A stretch of DNA of 52,334 nt. Origin: Chiloscyllium plagiosum. Taxonomy: Eukaryota. This document shows, piece by piece, positions 1 through 13,789 of this stretch; position 1 is the first letter of the stretch; each line of letters starts with the position of its first letter. The DNA lies in NCBI RefSeq assembly GCF_004010195.1, contig NC_057719.1, positions 57,392,246 through 57,444,579 of the forward strand. Direction: 5' to 3'. The notes beneath the pieces were generated by a model. The model made no database searches. It was not told the origin of the DNA and worked only from the letters and a program-made list of their open reading frames with translations. A program made the position numbers and the translations under genes.

Positions 1-99
1 GAGCGATGAGCACTCCATTGTAGTCCTATGAAGTTAATCTTCATGCCCATAATTAACTACCATAGAAATAGTTGACAAAATACCATATCATTTTACCTC

Positions 100-1245
100 A
101 GCGTTATTGAGCTTTTAAACAACCCTACTCCCTACAGGAGTTTTTTTGAGGACATAACTAGTACAATAGATGAGGGAGAACCAGTGGACGGTATTTGAAT
201 TTTCAGAAATATTTTGATAATATGCAAAAGCAAAATTCACAGGATCCGAGGTAATGTACAGGCATGAACTGATAAATGGTTAGCAGACAAGAAACAGAAA
301 ATAGGAATAAATGGGTCAATTTCATAGCCGAAGATAGTGACATGTGGAATAATGTAGAGATCAGTGCTTGGACCCCCAGCTATTCACAGGATAGATCAAC
401 GATTTGGATCAAGAAATTAAATGTAATATTTCCAAGTTTGCTGGTGACACAAAACTAGGGGTGGGGGGTTATTGTAAGGAGTTTATTGAAAATGTAAAGA
501 GGCTTTAGGATGATCTAGACAAGTTGAGTGTGTTGGCAAATGTGAAGTAGATGTAGCATAATGCGAAGTGTGGAGTTGTCCACTTTGGGAGGAAAAACAG
601 AAAGGCAGAGTATAATTTAAATAATAGATTGGGGAAGGTAGATGCACAAAGGGACTTGAGTCCTTGGATATAAGCATGCATGTGCAGTGAGCTGTTAGGA
701 AGGCAAATGATATAGAACAAAAATGGGAATTGCTGTAGAGACTCAGCAGGTCTGACAGCATCTGTGGAGAGAAAGCGGAGTCCAGTGTCCCCTCTTCAGA
801 ACCCTTTGAACATCTCCAGCAATTCCTGTTCGTTTCATATTTCCAGCATCTGCAGTTCTTTGTTTTATTTTAAGGCGAATATGATATGTTCATTGTTAGA
901 TGATGTGAGTAAAGAAGCAAAGAAATCTTACAGCAGTTGTGCAGGGTCTTCCTGCAATTTTCGTTTGTTTGCTGACAAAAAGATATATAGGCCATACAAA
1001 GAGTGCAGTAAAGGCTAACCAGACTGATTCCTAGGAAGACAAGCTTGTCAAACGAGGAGAGATTGGGATGACTGGGCCTGTCGTCGCAGGAGTTTAGAAG
1101 AATGAGAAGGGACCTCATTGAAATATATAAAATTCAGGCAAGGCTGGATAGACAGGACACAGTGATTGTTTGTCAAATGGCTGGAGGGGGCTAGATAAAG
1201 GGACCAGAGTCTCAGGATACATGGGAGGCCATTTCAGGCAAAGAT
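100..1245 (+). mobile_element. Decayed CR1 LINE ORF2 (RT) fragment, interrupted by a PLE fold-back insert
   Basis: Degenerate CR1 RT motifs (EDITSTIDEGEPVD; SKFAGDTKL; VVHFGRKN) with stops and frameshifts. Confidence 0.75.
716..871. mobile_element. Old Penelope-like terminal-repeat (pLTR) fold-back insertion
   Basis: Minus-strand pLTR piece carrying CTGAAGA (793-799), then a plus-strand pLTR end (tttccagcatctgcagttcttt). Degenerate flanking duplication aaggcaaatgatat / aaggcgaatatgatat. Confidence 0.6.
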
Positions 1246-3160
1246 TAGAGTCATAGAGATGGACAGCACGGAAACAGATCCTTCGGTCCAACCCGTCCAT
1301 GCCGACCAGATATTCCAACCTGGCCCATATCCCTCCAAACCCTTCCTATTCATATACCCATCCAAATGCCTCTTAAACGTTGCAAGTGTACTAGCCTCCA
1401 CCACATCCTCTGGCAGCTCATTCCATACAGGTACCACCCTCTGTGTGAAAACATTGGCCCTTTAGTCTCTTTCATATCTTTCCCATCGTAATCTAACCCT
1501 GTGCCTTCTAATTCTGGACTCCCCGACCCCAGGGAAAAGACTTTGCCTATTTACCCTATCCATGCTCCTCATAATTTTGTAAAGCTGTATAAGGTCACCC
1601 CTCAGCCTCCGACGCTCCAGGGAAAACAACCCCAGCCTGTTTAGCCTCTCCCGATAGCTAAAATCCTCCAATCCTGGCAACATCCTTGTAAATCTTTTCT
1701 GAACCCTTTCAAGTTTCACAACATCTTTCTGATAAGGAGACCAGAATTGCATGCAATATTCCACAGTGGCCTAACCAATGTCCTGTACAGCCTCTATGAT
1801 CTCCCAACTCCTGTACTCAATACTCTAACCAATAAACGAAAGCATACCAAACGCCTTCTTCACTATCCTATCTACCTGCGACTCCACTTTCAAGGTGCTA
1901 CGAACCTGCACTACAAGGTCTCTTTGTTCAGCAACACTCCCTAGGACCTTACCATTAAGTGTTTAAGTCCTGCTAAGATTTGCTTTCCCAAAATGCAGCA
2001 CCTCACATTTATCTGAACTAAACGCCATCTGCCACTTCTCAGACCATTGGCCCATCTGGTCAAGATCCTGTTGTAATCTGAGGTAACCCTCTTCGCTGTC
2101 CACTACATCTCCAATTTTGGTGTCCTCTGCAAACTTATTAACTATACCTCCTATGCTTGCATCCAAATCATTTATGTAAATGACAAAAAGGAGAAGACCC
2201 TTGTGGCACTCCACTGGTCACACGTCTCTAGTCTGAAAAACAAGCCTCCACCACCACCCTCTGTCTTCTACATTAAATGCCAGTTCTGTATCCAAATGGC
2301 TAGTTCTCCCTGTATTCCATGAGATTTAGTGTTGCTAATCAGTCTCCCATGGGGAACCTTGTCGAACGCTTTACTGAAGTCCATATAGATCACATCTACT
2401 GCTCTTCCCTCATCAATCCCCTTTTGTTACTTCTTCAAAAAACTCTATCAAGTTTGTGAGACATGATTTCCCATGCACAAAGCCATGTTGACTATCCCTA
2501 ATCAGTCCTTGCTTTTCCAAATACATGGACATCCTGTCCCTCAGGATTCCCTCCAACAACTTTCCCACCACCGAGGTCAGGTTCACTGGTCTATAGTTCC
2601 CTGGCTTGTCCTTACCACCCTTCCTAAACAGTGGCATCACGTTTGCCAACCTCCAGTCTTCCGGCACCTCACCTATGACTATCGATGATACAAATATCTC
2701 AGCAAGAGGCCCAGCAATCACTTCTCTAGCTTCCCACAGAGTTCTAGGGTACACCTGATCATGTCCTGGGGATTTATCCACCTTTACCGTTTCAGGACAT
2801 CCAGCACTTCCTCCTCTGTAATCTGGACATTTTGCAAGATGTCACCATCTATTTCCCTACAGTCTATATCTTCCATATCCTTTTCCACAGTAAATACTGA
2901 TGCAAAATATTCATTTAGTATCTCCCCCATTTTCAGCGGCTCCACAAAATGGCCACCTTGCTGATCTTTGAGGGGCCCTAATTCTCTCCCTAGTTACCCT
3001 TTTGTCCTTAATGTATTTGTAAAAACCCCTTTGGATTCTCCTTAATTCTATTTGCCAAAGCTACCTCATGTCCCCTTTTTGTCCTCCTGATTTCCCTCTT
3101 AAGTATACTCCTACTTCCTTTATACTCTTCCAAAGATTCACTCGATCTATCCTGTTTAAC
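1246..3160 (-). mobile_element. Young CR1 LINE, 3' half (ORF2 RT plus 3' tail), frameshifted
   Basis: ORF fragments KPGNYRPVNLTSVVGKLLE, SQHGFVHGKSCLTNLIEFFE, YINDLD..KFAEDTK, LERRRLRGDLI. 3' tail ...tctctatgactcta at 1246. Confidence 0.95.
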
Positions 3161-3289
3161 TCCAAACATTCCCGTCCTTTGTCTGAGCATTTTTTCAATG
3201 TTCCCTTGTACATCATGTGCCTTGTGCCTGGGGAGAAAATGATTATTATTTTATGATTATAATGAATACCTGATGTAACGCTAACAACC

Positions 3290-3670
3290 TGTATTTAACT
3301 AAAGCCTTTAATAAGGTAAAAGTTCCCAAACACTTTAAAATGTATTCCATCACATCAAATTTGACACTGAGCCACACATTGAGGCTTTAGGAGAGATGGC
3401 TTAACGTAGACTGAGAGATGGATTTTACATAGTGTCTTAAAGAGGTGGTGAGAGTGGAAATTCAGGGAGTTTTTCTGGAGGGTGGTGTCTCTGCAGCTGA
3501 AGGGGTAGCCACTAATGATGGGATGAGTAAAGATAGGGATGAAAAGCAACGATGAAAGAACCCAAAAGTGTGGGTGGACTGAAGGTGGTAACGGGGACAG
3601 GGAGCAAGGGAGAGTGAAGAGACCACTGAGGGATATGTGTATCCCAATGGGAATTCTGAATTCACTTGTA
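3290..3670 (-). mobile_element. Old L2-like LINE 3' remnant
   Basis: Degenerate sequence resembling L2-type 3' ends, lying between two CR1 pieces. Confidence 0.4.
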
Positions 3671-3779
3671 GAATCTTTTAATGTCTTTGTACTCTGTTTC
3701 CACTAGGCTATATGGATAGTATTGCTCTGAAATCCCATGTGGATTTTGTTAGTAACATGTATCTATGATCACTTCATTC

Positions 3780-5865
3780 TGAGATCTGCGTTTCCAATTC
3801 TTGCTTCATACCTATCCCTGAGTTCCAAGCCATAACCACCCTATTATTCTTACAGATAGCTGAGATCTCCTTACAAATTTGTTTCTCAATTTCCCTCTAT
3901 TAGGAGGTCTATAATACAATCCCAATAAGGTGATCATTCCTTTCTTATTTCTCAGTTCCATCCAAATAACTTCCTGGATGTATTTCCAGGAATATCCTCC
4001 CTCAGCACAACTGTAATGTTATCCCTGATCAAAAATGCCACTCCCCCTCCTCTTTTGCCTCCCTTTCTATCCTTCCTGTAGTCTTTGTATCCTGGAACAC
4101 TAAGCTGTCAGTCCTGCCCATCCCTGAGTCATGTTTCTGTAATTGCTATGATATTCCAGTCCCATGTTCCTAACCATGCCCTGAGTTCATCTGCCTTTCC
4201 TGTTAGGCCCCTTGCATTGAAATAAATGCAGTTTAATTTTTTGTCCTACCTTGTACCTGCTTGCCCTGACTTGTTTGACTTGCTTCTGTTCTCAACTGTA
4301 CCAGTCTCAGATTGATCTCTTTGCTTACTATCTCCCTGGGTCCCAACCCCACCTTACTAGTTTAAATCCTCCCAAGCAGTTCTAGCAAATTTCCCTGCCA
4401 GTATATTAGTCTCCTTCCAATTTAGGTGCAATCCGTCCTTCCTGTACAGGTGACTTCTACCCCAAAAGAGATTCCAATGATCCAAAATGTGAATCCTTCT
4501 CCCATACACCAGCTCCTCAGCCATGTGTTCACCTGCTCTATCCTCCTATTCCTGCCCTCACTAGCTCGTGGCACTGGGAGTAATCCAGATATTACTACTC
4601 TCTTTGACCTCCTTCTTAAATTTCTGCATAACTCTCTGTAATCTCCCTTCAGAATCTTAACCTTTTCCCTTCCAATGTCGTTAGTTCCAATGTAGACAAT
4701 GACCTCTTGCTGGCCCCTCTCCCCTGTGAGAACATTCTGCACCCTCTCTGAGACATCCTTGATCCTGGCACCAGGGAAACAACACACCACTCTGCGTTTT
4801 CTCTGCTGGCCACAGAAACATCTGTCTGTACCTCAGACTACAGAATCCCCTAACACAATTGATCTCGTGGAAGCCGATGTACCCCTCATTGCATTAGAGC
4901 CAGTCTCAATACCAGAAACTTGGTTGTTCGTGCTACATTCCCCTGAGAATCCATCACCCCCTACATTTTCCAAAACCGCATACCTGTTTGAAATGGGTAT
5001 ATCCACAAAAGATTCCTGCACTAGCTGCCTACCTCTCTTAACTTTCCTCGAGTTAACCCATCTATGTGACTGTATCGGAGACTTTCCCCCTTCCTATAAC
5101 TGCCATCCATCACATACTGTTGCTTTTGCAAATTCCTCATTGCTTCTAATTGTCTCTCCAACCGATCCATTCGATCTGATGAGATTCGCATCCAACAGCA
5201 TTTATAGCAGATATAATCTGCAGTAACCCTTCAACTCCCACATCTGACAAGAAGTACATATCACTGTACTAAAGGCCATTTTTGCTCCTTCACATAACAG
5301 TCTTAATCCTCTACAAAACACTGCCCCAGGTTAAATTAATAGTTTTGTCTTATAATTTAAGTTTAATCAAGAAACATATCTCCAAAAACATATAATCAAG
5401 AAAGAACCCACTCTACTCACTACTGCAGCCTTTCTGCTGGACACACTTAAAACAACAATTAACTTATCTGATTCTGTGTTGTGAACTTTGCCCAAACAGG
5501 TTCCTCCAAGATTAGTTTTGAATTTTACTGTTTGTTAATTTTCCCAGACACACTCCAATGTCCAGCGATACATGAATTCAAAACGTCGATTCTCCTGTTC
5601 CTTGGATGCTGCCTGACCTGCTATGCTTTACCAGCAACACATTTTCAGCTATGAATTCAAAACTGCAAAGACAGGTTCTCTCTCTCTCCTGCACTGTCCT
5701 CACCATGTGCTTCCTTTGTCTGTTCTTCTCCCTTTTTTGACTTTTCTTTTCCCTAAGTTCCAAAACAATGCAACAGCATGTGAAACAGTAATTGCTGCTC
5801 CTGGAATTCGAGGAAATGACCTCCAGCACCTAAAATACCTCAAAAAAAGGTACAGCTCTCACAGC
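3780..5865 (-). mobile_element. CR1 LINE 5' half: 5'UTR, ORF1 (SGNH esterase-like) and start of the APE endonuclease
   Basis: ORF1 fragments IVLGDSVV, CCFPGARIKDV, IGTNDIG, VVISGLLPVPRA. Endonuclease start KADELRAWL...IIAITET...GGGVA at about 4020-4220. Confidence 0.92.
5581..5650 (+). mobile_element. Short Penelope-like pLTR fragment inserted in the CR1 5'UTR, 13-bp TSD
   Basis: aaacgtcgattctcctgttccttggatgctgcctgacctgct..., flanked by atgaattcaaaac at 5572-5584 and 5651-5663. Confidence 0.85.
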
Positions 5866-7574
5866 CAGAAAAGGAGAACTTTTTTCCTAAAGAAGGTGAT
5901 GAACTTGTGGAATTCTCTACCACAGAATCAAATCTACTGAATATATTTAAGAAAGAAATAGATAAAGGCTAAAGATGTCAGGCATATAAGAGAGTGTGAC
6001 TGGCATTGAGATATAGGATCGTCCTTGATCTAGTTTAATGACAGAGCAAGCTTGAAGCGCCAAATTCCTGTTTTTTCCTATGTTTCTACATTTGATCCCA
6101 TTACTTGTAAGTACTCTTCCTAGTTTTTCCATAGCTGACCAAGATATATCCTGTTGGGCAAAAGGGGATGTGATTCACTGAGATTGGAAATGCTACGCAA
6201 ACTAATTGAAGCTGATTGATCAAGTAGAAAAGGCATCAGACTTCTATGCAGCAGACCATTCACACACAAAAAGCCATATGCACATTAACACTCTGGTCAC
6301 CACAACATTATAGAGGGTTATTTTTTCCTGACAAATTATTTTGAGGCTGCAGAAAGTAAACACTTAATTAAAACATGCTAAACCAAAAGCAACACTCAAG
6401 TAAATCAGTGCAGATCAATATGTTCAAGTACAATCGTAATGCATCTTTTCCCATAAGGATTTTTACTAATGCTGCATATTTTTCAGCATTTACATGCTGA
6501 CATTTGAACCTGTTCTTCCAAAATAAGCATAACATGAACTGTGTGTTTCCAAAACCTAAAGCATGTAAAATGAAGCTAGCAATTATGAAGGGAATAAGAT
6601 TAATTTCAGTAAAGGTGAGAAAAGGCTACTATTGTCTCTACAAATTCAAATTTGTATTGAATTATTTTCGGTAATAATCATTTATTCCATTAGGACTGTC
6701 ATTGCATTGACCTTTTTTTTTATTGTCTCCTGTAATCCAATGAGATTTTTCTGCTACTGTTGTTGCAGTAAGATGTTCTACATAACCCTCTTCCACTCCC
6801 TTGTATTTGGCCTTGATGAAATTAGCTGAATAGCTAGTATAAATGCTATGCAGGCGGAAATGAATAATATGTACAATGGATGATACTCCAGAAATCAATT
6901 ATACTGCCACAAAACTGAAACAGATGTGAATGATTCAGCAGTAGGAATAGGCAGGATTTCAACTCTGAAGCGCATTTTCTCATACTAATAATGTATCTGA
7001 AAGGATTGAGAATAGGTATTAATGAGGAATTTTGCTTTTGAATGCTTCAATATTTGCTCGATTACAGGATAGCATTTCCACTATGCATCTGAATACATTT
7101 AAAGCAGCGTAAAAGGTTGTATGCATGTCAAGTCCAGTGCAAGTCAAGGCCACAGTCCTTTTTTGCTTTAAAAAACACACCAGGGTGGAAATCAGCACCA
7201 CCCAAGTACAGATCATGTTGTGGATTAAAATGAATAAACTTGACAAGTTTCTATCAATTGTATCTATTAGTGTTCCTTCAAGGAAATACTTCAAATTGTA
7301 GTATTTTCTTTAAGGCCAAAAGATATTAGCAGTCAACTTTTAAGATTTTTAAATGTTTTTTAAAAATTATTAAAAAATTGATTGATCAGTATCGATGAAG
7401 CCAGGAATTAATCCTGGTCTTTTAATGTCATTTTCCATTATTTAAATTCAGGTTACTCAACTGAAGAACTAAACACACACATCCTAATACACATGCTAGT
7501 CAATAGATTAAATTTAAAGTTGTGCTAGATCAGATCATCTAAATTCCAATTGCTATGAAGAGTTCCAGAGAATT

Positions 7575-8705
7575 ACAAACCTACAACTGTAATACCCTTA
7601 TTCAAAAAGGAGAACATAAAACATGTAACTATAGGCCAGTTAGTTTAACATCTGTCATTGGGAAAATGATAAAGTCTATTAAAAATGATGTATTGGTAAA
7701 CACTGAGAAATAATTAATAAAAGTCAAACAGGATCAGTATAGATTTATGAGAAGTCATAGCCTGACAAATTTATGACAGTTCTTTTGAGAAAGTAACAAG
7801 TACTTTTTGAGAAAGCAACAAGTTGAACAGTCAAAGGGAACGAGTAGATATATTTGGATTTTCAAAAGGTGTTCACGAAAGTACCACACAAGGCTATTTA
7901 ATAAGGTAAGAACTTCTTGTGTTGGGAAACTTATTAGCATGGATAGAGGATTTGTAAACTAATAGAAGGCAGAGTTGGGATAAACCGGACATTTTCAGAA
8001 TAGCAACCTGTGACTAGTGGAATGCCACAGGGATCAGTGTTGGGGTCAGAATGATTTACAATAGGCATGAATGATTCGGATAACAGAAGTTAATTACTAT
8101 CATCAAATTTACACATGACACAAAGGTAAGTGAGAAGGCAAGTAGTGAGGATGATGCAATAAGTCTACAGAGGGATAGTAGGCAAAAACTTGGCAGCTGG
8201 ACTGTATGTGGGGAAATGTATAGTTATGCACTTTGGCAGGAAGAATAGAGAAGGTCCATATTATTTAAATGAAAGAATGCAGAAAGCTTTATTGACTTGG
8301 AGGCAGTCCAGAAAAACCTTAAGAAGGTTGCTCCATACCCAGAAATACTTATTAAAACATATAAGATTGTTAGGGTAGATGTGAAGAGGTTGTTTCTCTT
8401 AGGGGAAAATATAGAACCAGAAGGAAGAACCCCCAAAAAGGGAGTTGACAACTTTAGACAAAGATAAGGAGGATTTTCTTCTCTGAGGGTAGACAGTCTG
8501 TGGAATTCTATACTACAAAGGGCTTCCGGTTGAGTCATTAGTATATTCAAGGTGGAGATTGGTTTCCTCACTGATTCAAAATCTAAGATTATGGGGATAA
8601 AGCAGGAGGTGGAATTGAGAATTACCAGACCAGCCATGATTTCACTGAATGTTGGAGCTGATTCAATGGGCTGAATAGCCTGCTTCTGTTCCTAAAACAT
8701 TTGGT
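7575..8705 (+). mobile_element. Decayed CR1 LINE (RT to 3'UTR)
   Basis: NYRPVSLTSVIGK, GMPQGSVLG and KCIVMHFGRKN remnants, plus a CR1-like 3'UTR. Confidence 0.85.
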
Positions 8706-9819
8706 CTGATAGAGATGTACTCTGAACCTATAAGCTCTGAATGAGGTAAGCAAAAACAGGAAAGGCATGGCAGACATGCTGTGAGCATTCAAGAAGGTGC
8801 AAAGTGAATGAGCAAGCACTAAAAAAGCAAACTAAGCGCTGAGATACACAATCAAGCAATTCATGAGATTGGTATCCCCCTCTCTGGGTCCAAAACAGCC
8901 TGGTAGTAGTGTTGTAAAGTGTCAATGAGCTCCAAATTACTGCACTGAAGTGGTGAACTGGAGATGTGACCTGATGTGATGCTTGTCCAATACCAGCCTC
9001 CATGGATGAAAGCTGAAGACAGTCTCTGCCTTCAGAGCATACCCTGAGGTGTTGAGGAATGCTGCCATAGACGGGTATCTAAAGAAGACATTAGCAAGTG
9101 AACTGCCAGGTATCAACTCGACTTTAATGTTGAGAATTGTTGCTGTCTAGCTTCTCTCCAATGCCTGGAGAAATAGCAACCTGCACAAAAATAATAGTAA
9201 TATGTTAATACAAGCAAAGAGAACATTGGCACAAAAACTGCACGGACAAAATTAGATGTTTTGCTTAATTGAGAAAAGCTCATTTTTCCTATCTCACCAT
9301 ATTTTCCCAACTGGTTCACTGTCAGCTGTGTCATCCAGGGGCTGGAAAAAATCCAGCCCAAAGACTCAATCTTCCAAATATACAACTGGATGAAATTATG
9401 TCTTGTCCAGCACTGAATGTAAGACAAGTATTCAGACAACTTAGGTACAGAGGAGGTGATCACAAAGTGCGAACGGGAATATGTAAATAAAAAATAGTGG
9501 GTAGATAATAACTATCATGAAATAAGTGAAGTTCAGTACATAACAGCTTATTAACTATTAAAAATATGAAAAAGCAAATTATTCCCTTTAGATCTTGGAC
9601 GAATTTGCAGGGCCACTTCCCAGATAGTAACTGTTCTGGAGGATCACACTACCGTGGCAAACAAAAACTTACATTTAAAACAAAATATGTATTATTGCCC
9701 AAAAATATGAATTTTCATATAGATATATTCTCTATTGTGTAAGATATTAAAAATAGAAAATTTAGGTATCTAGGTCTAGGCTTTCAGAATTTTTGTGAAA
9801 ATTTTCTCCTTACCTCTGT

Positions 9820-11940
9820 CCTAAATATACTCAATGACTTGACCTCCACAGCCCTCAGCGGCAGTGAGTTCCACTGATTCACCACCACCTTGCTGAAGAA
9901 ATCCCTCCTCTAAAGGATTGTCCCTTCTCCCTGAGGCTGTGCATTCAGGTACTAGCTTCTCCAATGAGTGGAGACAACTCTCCACATCAACTCTATCCAG
10001 ATCTCTCGGTATCCTGTAAATGTCAATCATATCCCCTTCATCTTTCAATACTCTATCAAGTACAGACTCAGAGTCCTTAACTGTTCCTCATATGACAAGC
10101 CCTTAATCCACAGGATCATTCTTGTAAATCTCTTCTGGATCTCCAACACCAGCACATCCTCCTTTACATAACAGGCCCAAAACTCCTTTCAGTATTCCAA
10201 TTGTGATCTGACCAGAGCTTTGTCGAGCTTCAACAATATATCTTTGCTCGTGTTTTCTAGCCCTCTTGAAATAGAGTCATAGAGATGTACAGCACGGAAA
10301 CACACCCATCAGTCCAACCCGTCCATGCCGACCAGATATCCCAATCCAATCTCGTCCCACCTGCCAGCATCCGACCCATATCCCTCCAAATCCTTCCTAT
10401 TCATATACTCATCTAGATGCCTCTTAAATGTTGCAATTGTACCAGCTTCCACCACATCCTCTGGCAACTCATTCCATACACGTACCACCCTCTGCGTGAA
10501 AAAATTGCCCCTTAGGTCTCTTTTATATCTTTCCCCTCTCACCCTAAACCTATGCCCTCTGGTTCTGGACTCCCCGACCCCAAGGAAAAGACTTTGTCTA
10601 TTTATCCTATCCATGCCCCTCATAATTTTGTAAACCTCTATAAGGTCAACCCCCAGCCTCCGAAACTCCAGGGAAAACAGCCTCAGCCTGTTCAGCCTCT
10701 CCCTGTAGCTCANNNNNNNNNNNNNNNNNNNNNNNNNNNCTTCCCTATCCTATCTACCTGCAACTCCATTTTCAAGGAGCTATGAACCTACATTCCAAGG
10801 TCTCTTTGTTCAGCAACACTCCCTAGAACCTTACCATTAAGTGTACAAGTCCTGCTAAGATTTGCTTTCCCAAAATGCAGCACCTCTCATTTATCTGAAC
10901 TAAACTCCATCTGGCACTTCTCAGCTCACTGGCCCATCTGGTCCAGATCCTGTTGTAATCTGAGGTAACCCTCTTCGCTGTCCACTACACCTCTAATTTT
11001 GGTGTCATCTGCAAACTTACTTACTGTACCTTTTATGCTCGCATCCAAATAATTTATGTAAATGACAAAAAGTAGAGGGCCCGGCCCCGATCCTTGTGGC
11101 ACTCCACTGGTCACAGGCCTCCAGTCTAAAAAACAACCCTCCACCACCACCCTCTGTCTTCTACCTTTGAGCCAGTTCTGTATCCAAATGGCTAGTTCTC
11201 CCCGTATTCCATGAGATCTAACTTTGCTAATCAGTCAACATTGCATTTGCCTTCCAAAATGAACCTGTGTTATTAACCTTAAGAGAATCCTAAACTAGGA
11301 CTCCCCACTCCTTTTGTACTTCAGATTTGCCAGGCATTTCCCTATTTAGGGAATAGTCTATGCCTCTATTCTTCCTTACAAAATGTATAACCTGACACTT
11401 TGTCACACTGTATTCCATCTGCCACTTCTTTGTCCACTTGCCTATCATGTCCAAGTCCTTCTGCAATTTCCCTTCTTCCTCAACATGACCTGTCCCTCCA
11501 TTCAGCAAATTAGCCCTCCGTTCCTTTGTCCAGATCATTAATGTGTAACGTGAATAGTTATGGTCTCAACACTGACCCCAATGGAATTCCATTAGTCACT
11601 GGCTACAGTCCTGAAAAATATTATTTATCTCCACTCTCTGCCTTCTGCCTGTCAGCTAATTCTCTATCCATGCCAATATCTTGCTCTTAACAGCATGGGC
11701 CTTTATCTTATTTAACAACCTCCTGTGCAATGTCTTGTCAAAGGCCTTCTAGAAATCTAAATACATTAGATCCACTGGGTCTCTGCTATCAAACTTAATC
11801 ATTACATCCTCAAAGAATTCTAAAATTTGTCAGGCATGACCACTCTTTGATGAAGTTGTGCTGACTCCACCCTATTTTAATATGCATTTCCAAGTAATCT
11901 GCAATTTCATCTTAATAATGAACTCTAACATCTTAATAAC
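9820..11940 (-). mobile_element. Older CR1 (9820-10271, 11236-11940) with a nested young CR1 3' fragment (10272-11235; N-gap 10713-10739)
   Basis: Young copy has the atgactcta tail at 10272 and TSGVPQGSG/KFADDTK motifs. The flanking pieces are collinear parts of a more diverged CR1. Confidence 0.88.
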
Positions 11941-11995
11941 CACTGGAATGAAGGGCTTGAGTTGTGGATAAAAGCTGGATGGGAGAGGATAGATT

Positions 11996-12101
11996 TGGAG
12001 ATGCCGGTGTTGGACTGGTGTGTACAAAGTTTAAAAATCACACAACACCAGGTTATAGTCCAACAGGTTTAATTGAAAGCACTAGCTTTCGGAGCGCCGC
12101 T
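11996..12101 (-). mobile_element. Penelope-like pLTR fragment, second family (ctccGAAAGCTAgtg...cctgttggactataacctggtgttg)
   Basis: Same sequence family as 35175-35287 and 39713-39860. Truncated at a GAAAGCTA hammerhead-like 3' half. Confidence 0.65.
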
Positions 12102-12239
12102 TTTTAACCACTTTTTAACATCCAGTTGAGATATTAAATGGCACCTGTAAATAGCATTCAGTGTACCACACCTCCGTAGTGCACTGTTGTGTTAGCATTA
12201 AATCAGACGCACAGAACAAAGATATAAAGTGAGTTACAG

Positions 12240-12910
12240 CTGACACCAGAATTAAATGAACATGTTAGAAACAATGAGTAGATGCGATAACAGAGCACTT
12301 AGAAAATCATAATATAATTAGGCAGAATCAGCACCAATTTGCAAGAGGGAATGTAAACTTGACAAAGTTTTTAAGGTTATAACTAGCAGTGAGCACAAAA
12401 GGAGCGTGTGGATGTAATATTTGAGTATTCAAAAACGATTTGAGATGATTACAGAAGATCCTTACATAATATCAAAGCTCACAGAATTAGGGATAATATA
12501 TTTAAGATTGAGAATTTTAAAGAAAAGTATTAGAGAAGGAAATTATGAATAATTTTTGGGTTAGCAGGCTGCAATGAGCAGGTATTGGAATAATCAGTTC
12601 AATTACTCAGAATATCTACATGTATGTATCCAGGTGTTCTGATGATGAAACGGAAGATGGGAGATCAAGTTATAAGGACAATGGAAAATGGCTGTACAGA
12701 TGGAGGCATTTAACTGACAAGTATGAATATGGTAGATGGAACATAATGTATAAAGTGCACGTTAACCACTCTGGAAGGAAAATAGAATATCATTTTAAAT
12801 TGAAAGAGATTGGGAAATTTAATTTTAAAATATACCCAACTGTTCTCATACATACTATAAAATTTACATGGAGGTAAAGCAATAAATTAAGAAAGCAAAT
12901 GATATAGTCA
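12240..12910 (+). mobile_element. Highly decayed CR1 RT fragment
   Basis: HLENHNIIRQNQH-like remnant and a degenerate downstream RT region. Confidence 0.6.
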
Positions 12911-13789
12911 CAAAGATGTAAAGTCCTTTACTTTTGAAGAGAAGATTTTTAAAGCTTTCAACAGGTTACAAATGTTGCAAATTTGACTGAGATGAGTTGC
13001 TTAAGAATACAACCTATCACAAATAGAAGTGATAGAGCCAATGGATAACCCTTGGAAAGGGGTGGTGTACAAAAACTCTTCTTACAATTCAGACCCATCA
13101 AAACCTACTACTGTCATTCTCTCAGGAAAACATTAACAAATGATAAATGCTGGACTTTGGCACTGACCTGACCACAGATGGACCCATGGAAAAGTAATTT
13201 TTGGAAATAAATATGGAACTAATATTTCGAGGTTCTGATAGCTTTAGGGAGATTATTGAAGGGAATGCTACTGTCTCCATAATATTTTCTCTCAAATTAC
13301 CTGATTCCCACAGAAACCACTCCAAAGGAGGACTATCATGAAGCTGAAAACTTCAAAAATAAGTGCATTAACCAATGAAGTGAAGTAACCAGTCAAGTAA
13401 ACCTTGGCCTCAGGTTAATTTTTTAAGCTTCAAAGATGACCAATGGATTGCAAACCTTCATTGTCTTCCTTTTCACTTTGTATATGTGTGCATGTGCGCA
13501 TGCCCGCGTGCTTTAGGAGGACAGGGAAGAAGAAAAGGCAGGGAGGGAGAGACAGAGACTGCACAAAGGCTGTACGCTCATTGCGATTTCATTAAATTTC
13601 TTGGGGAAACCTTACAATTGGATGCTTATTACTTACTCTAAGCATAGTTAACTGTACTTTAATTGGAAAGAGGTACAACTTCATTCTAAAAAGAACATTT
13701 GTTGCAATTAACCAAGGAGGCTGAACAGAGGGATGCTAATTCATCACATTCATCTGGTAGTAGTAGTATGTTAGACTTTGTTACAAAGG

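Noticed and set aside
4699..5226. 175-aa plus-strand ORF
   Set aside because: Antisense to CR1 ORF1, with no independent coding signal.
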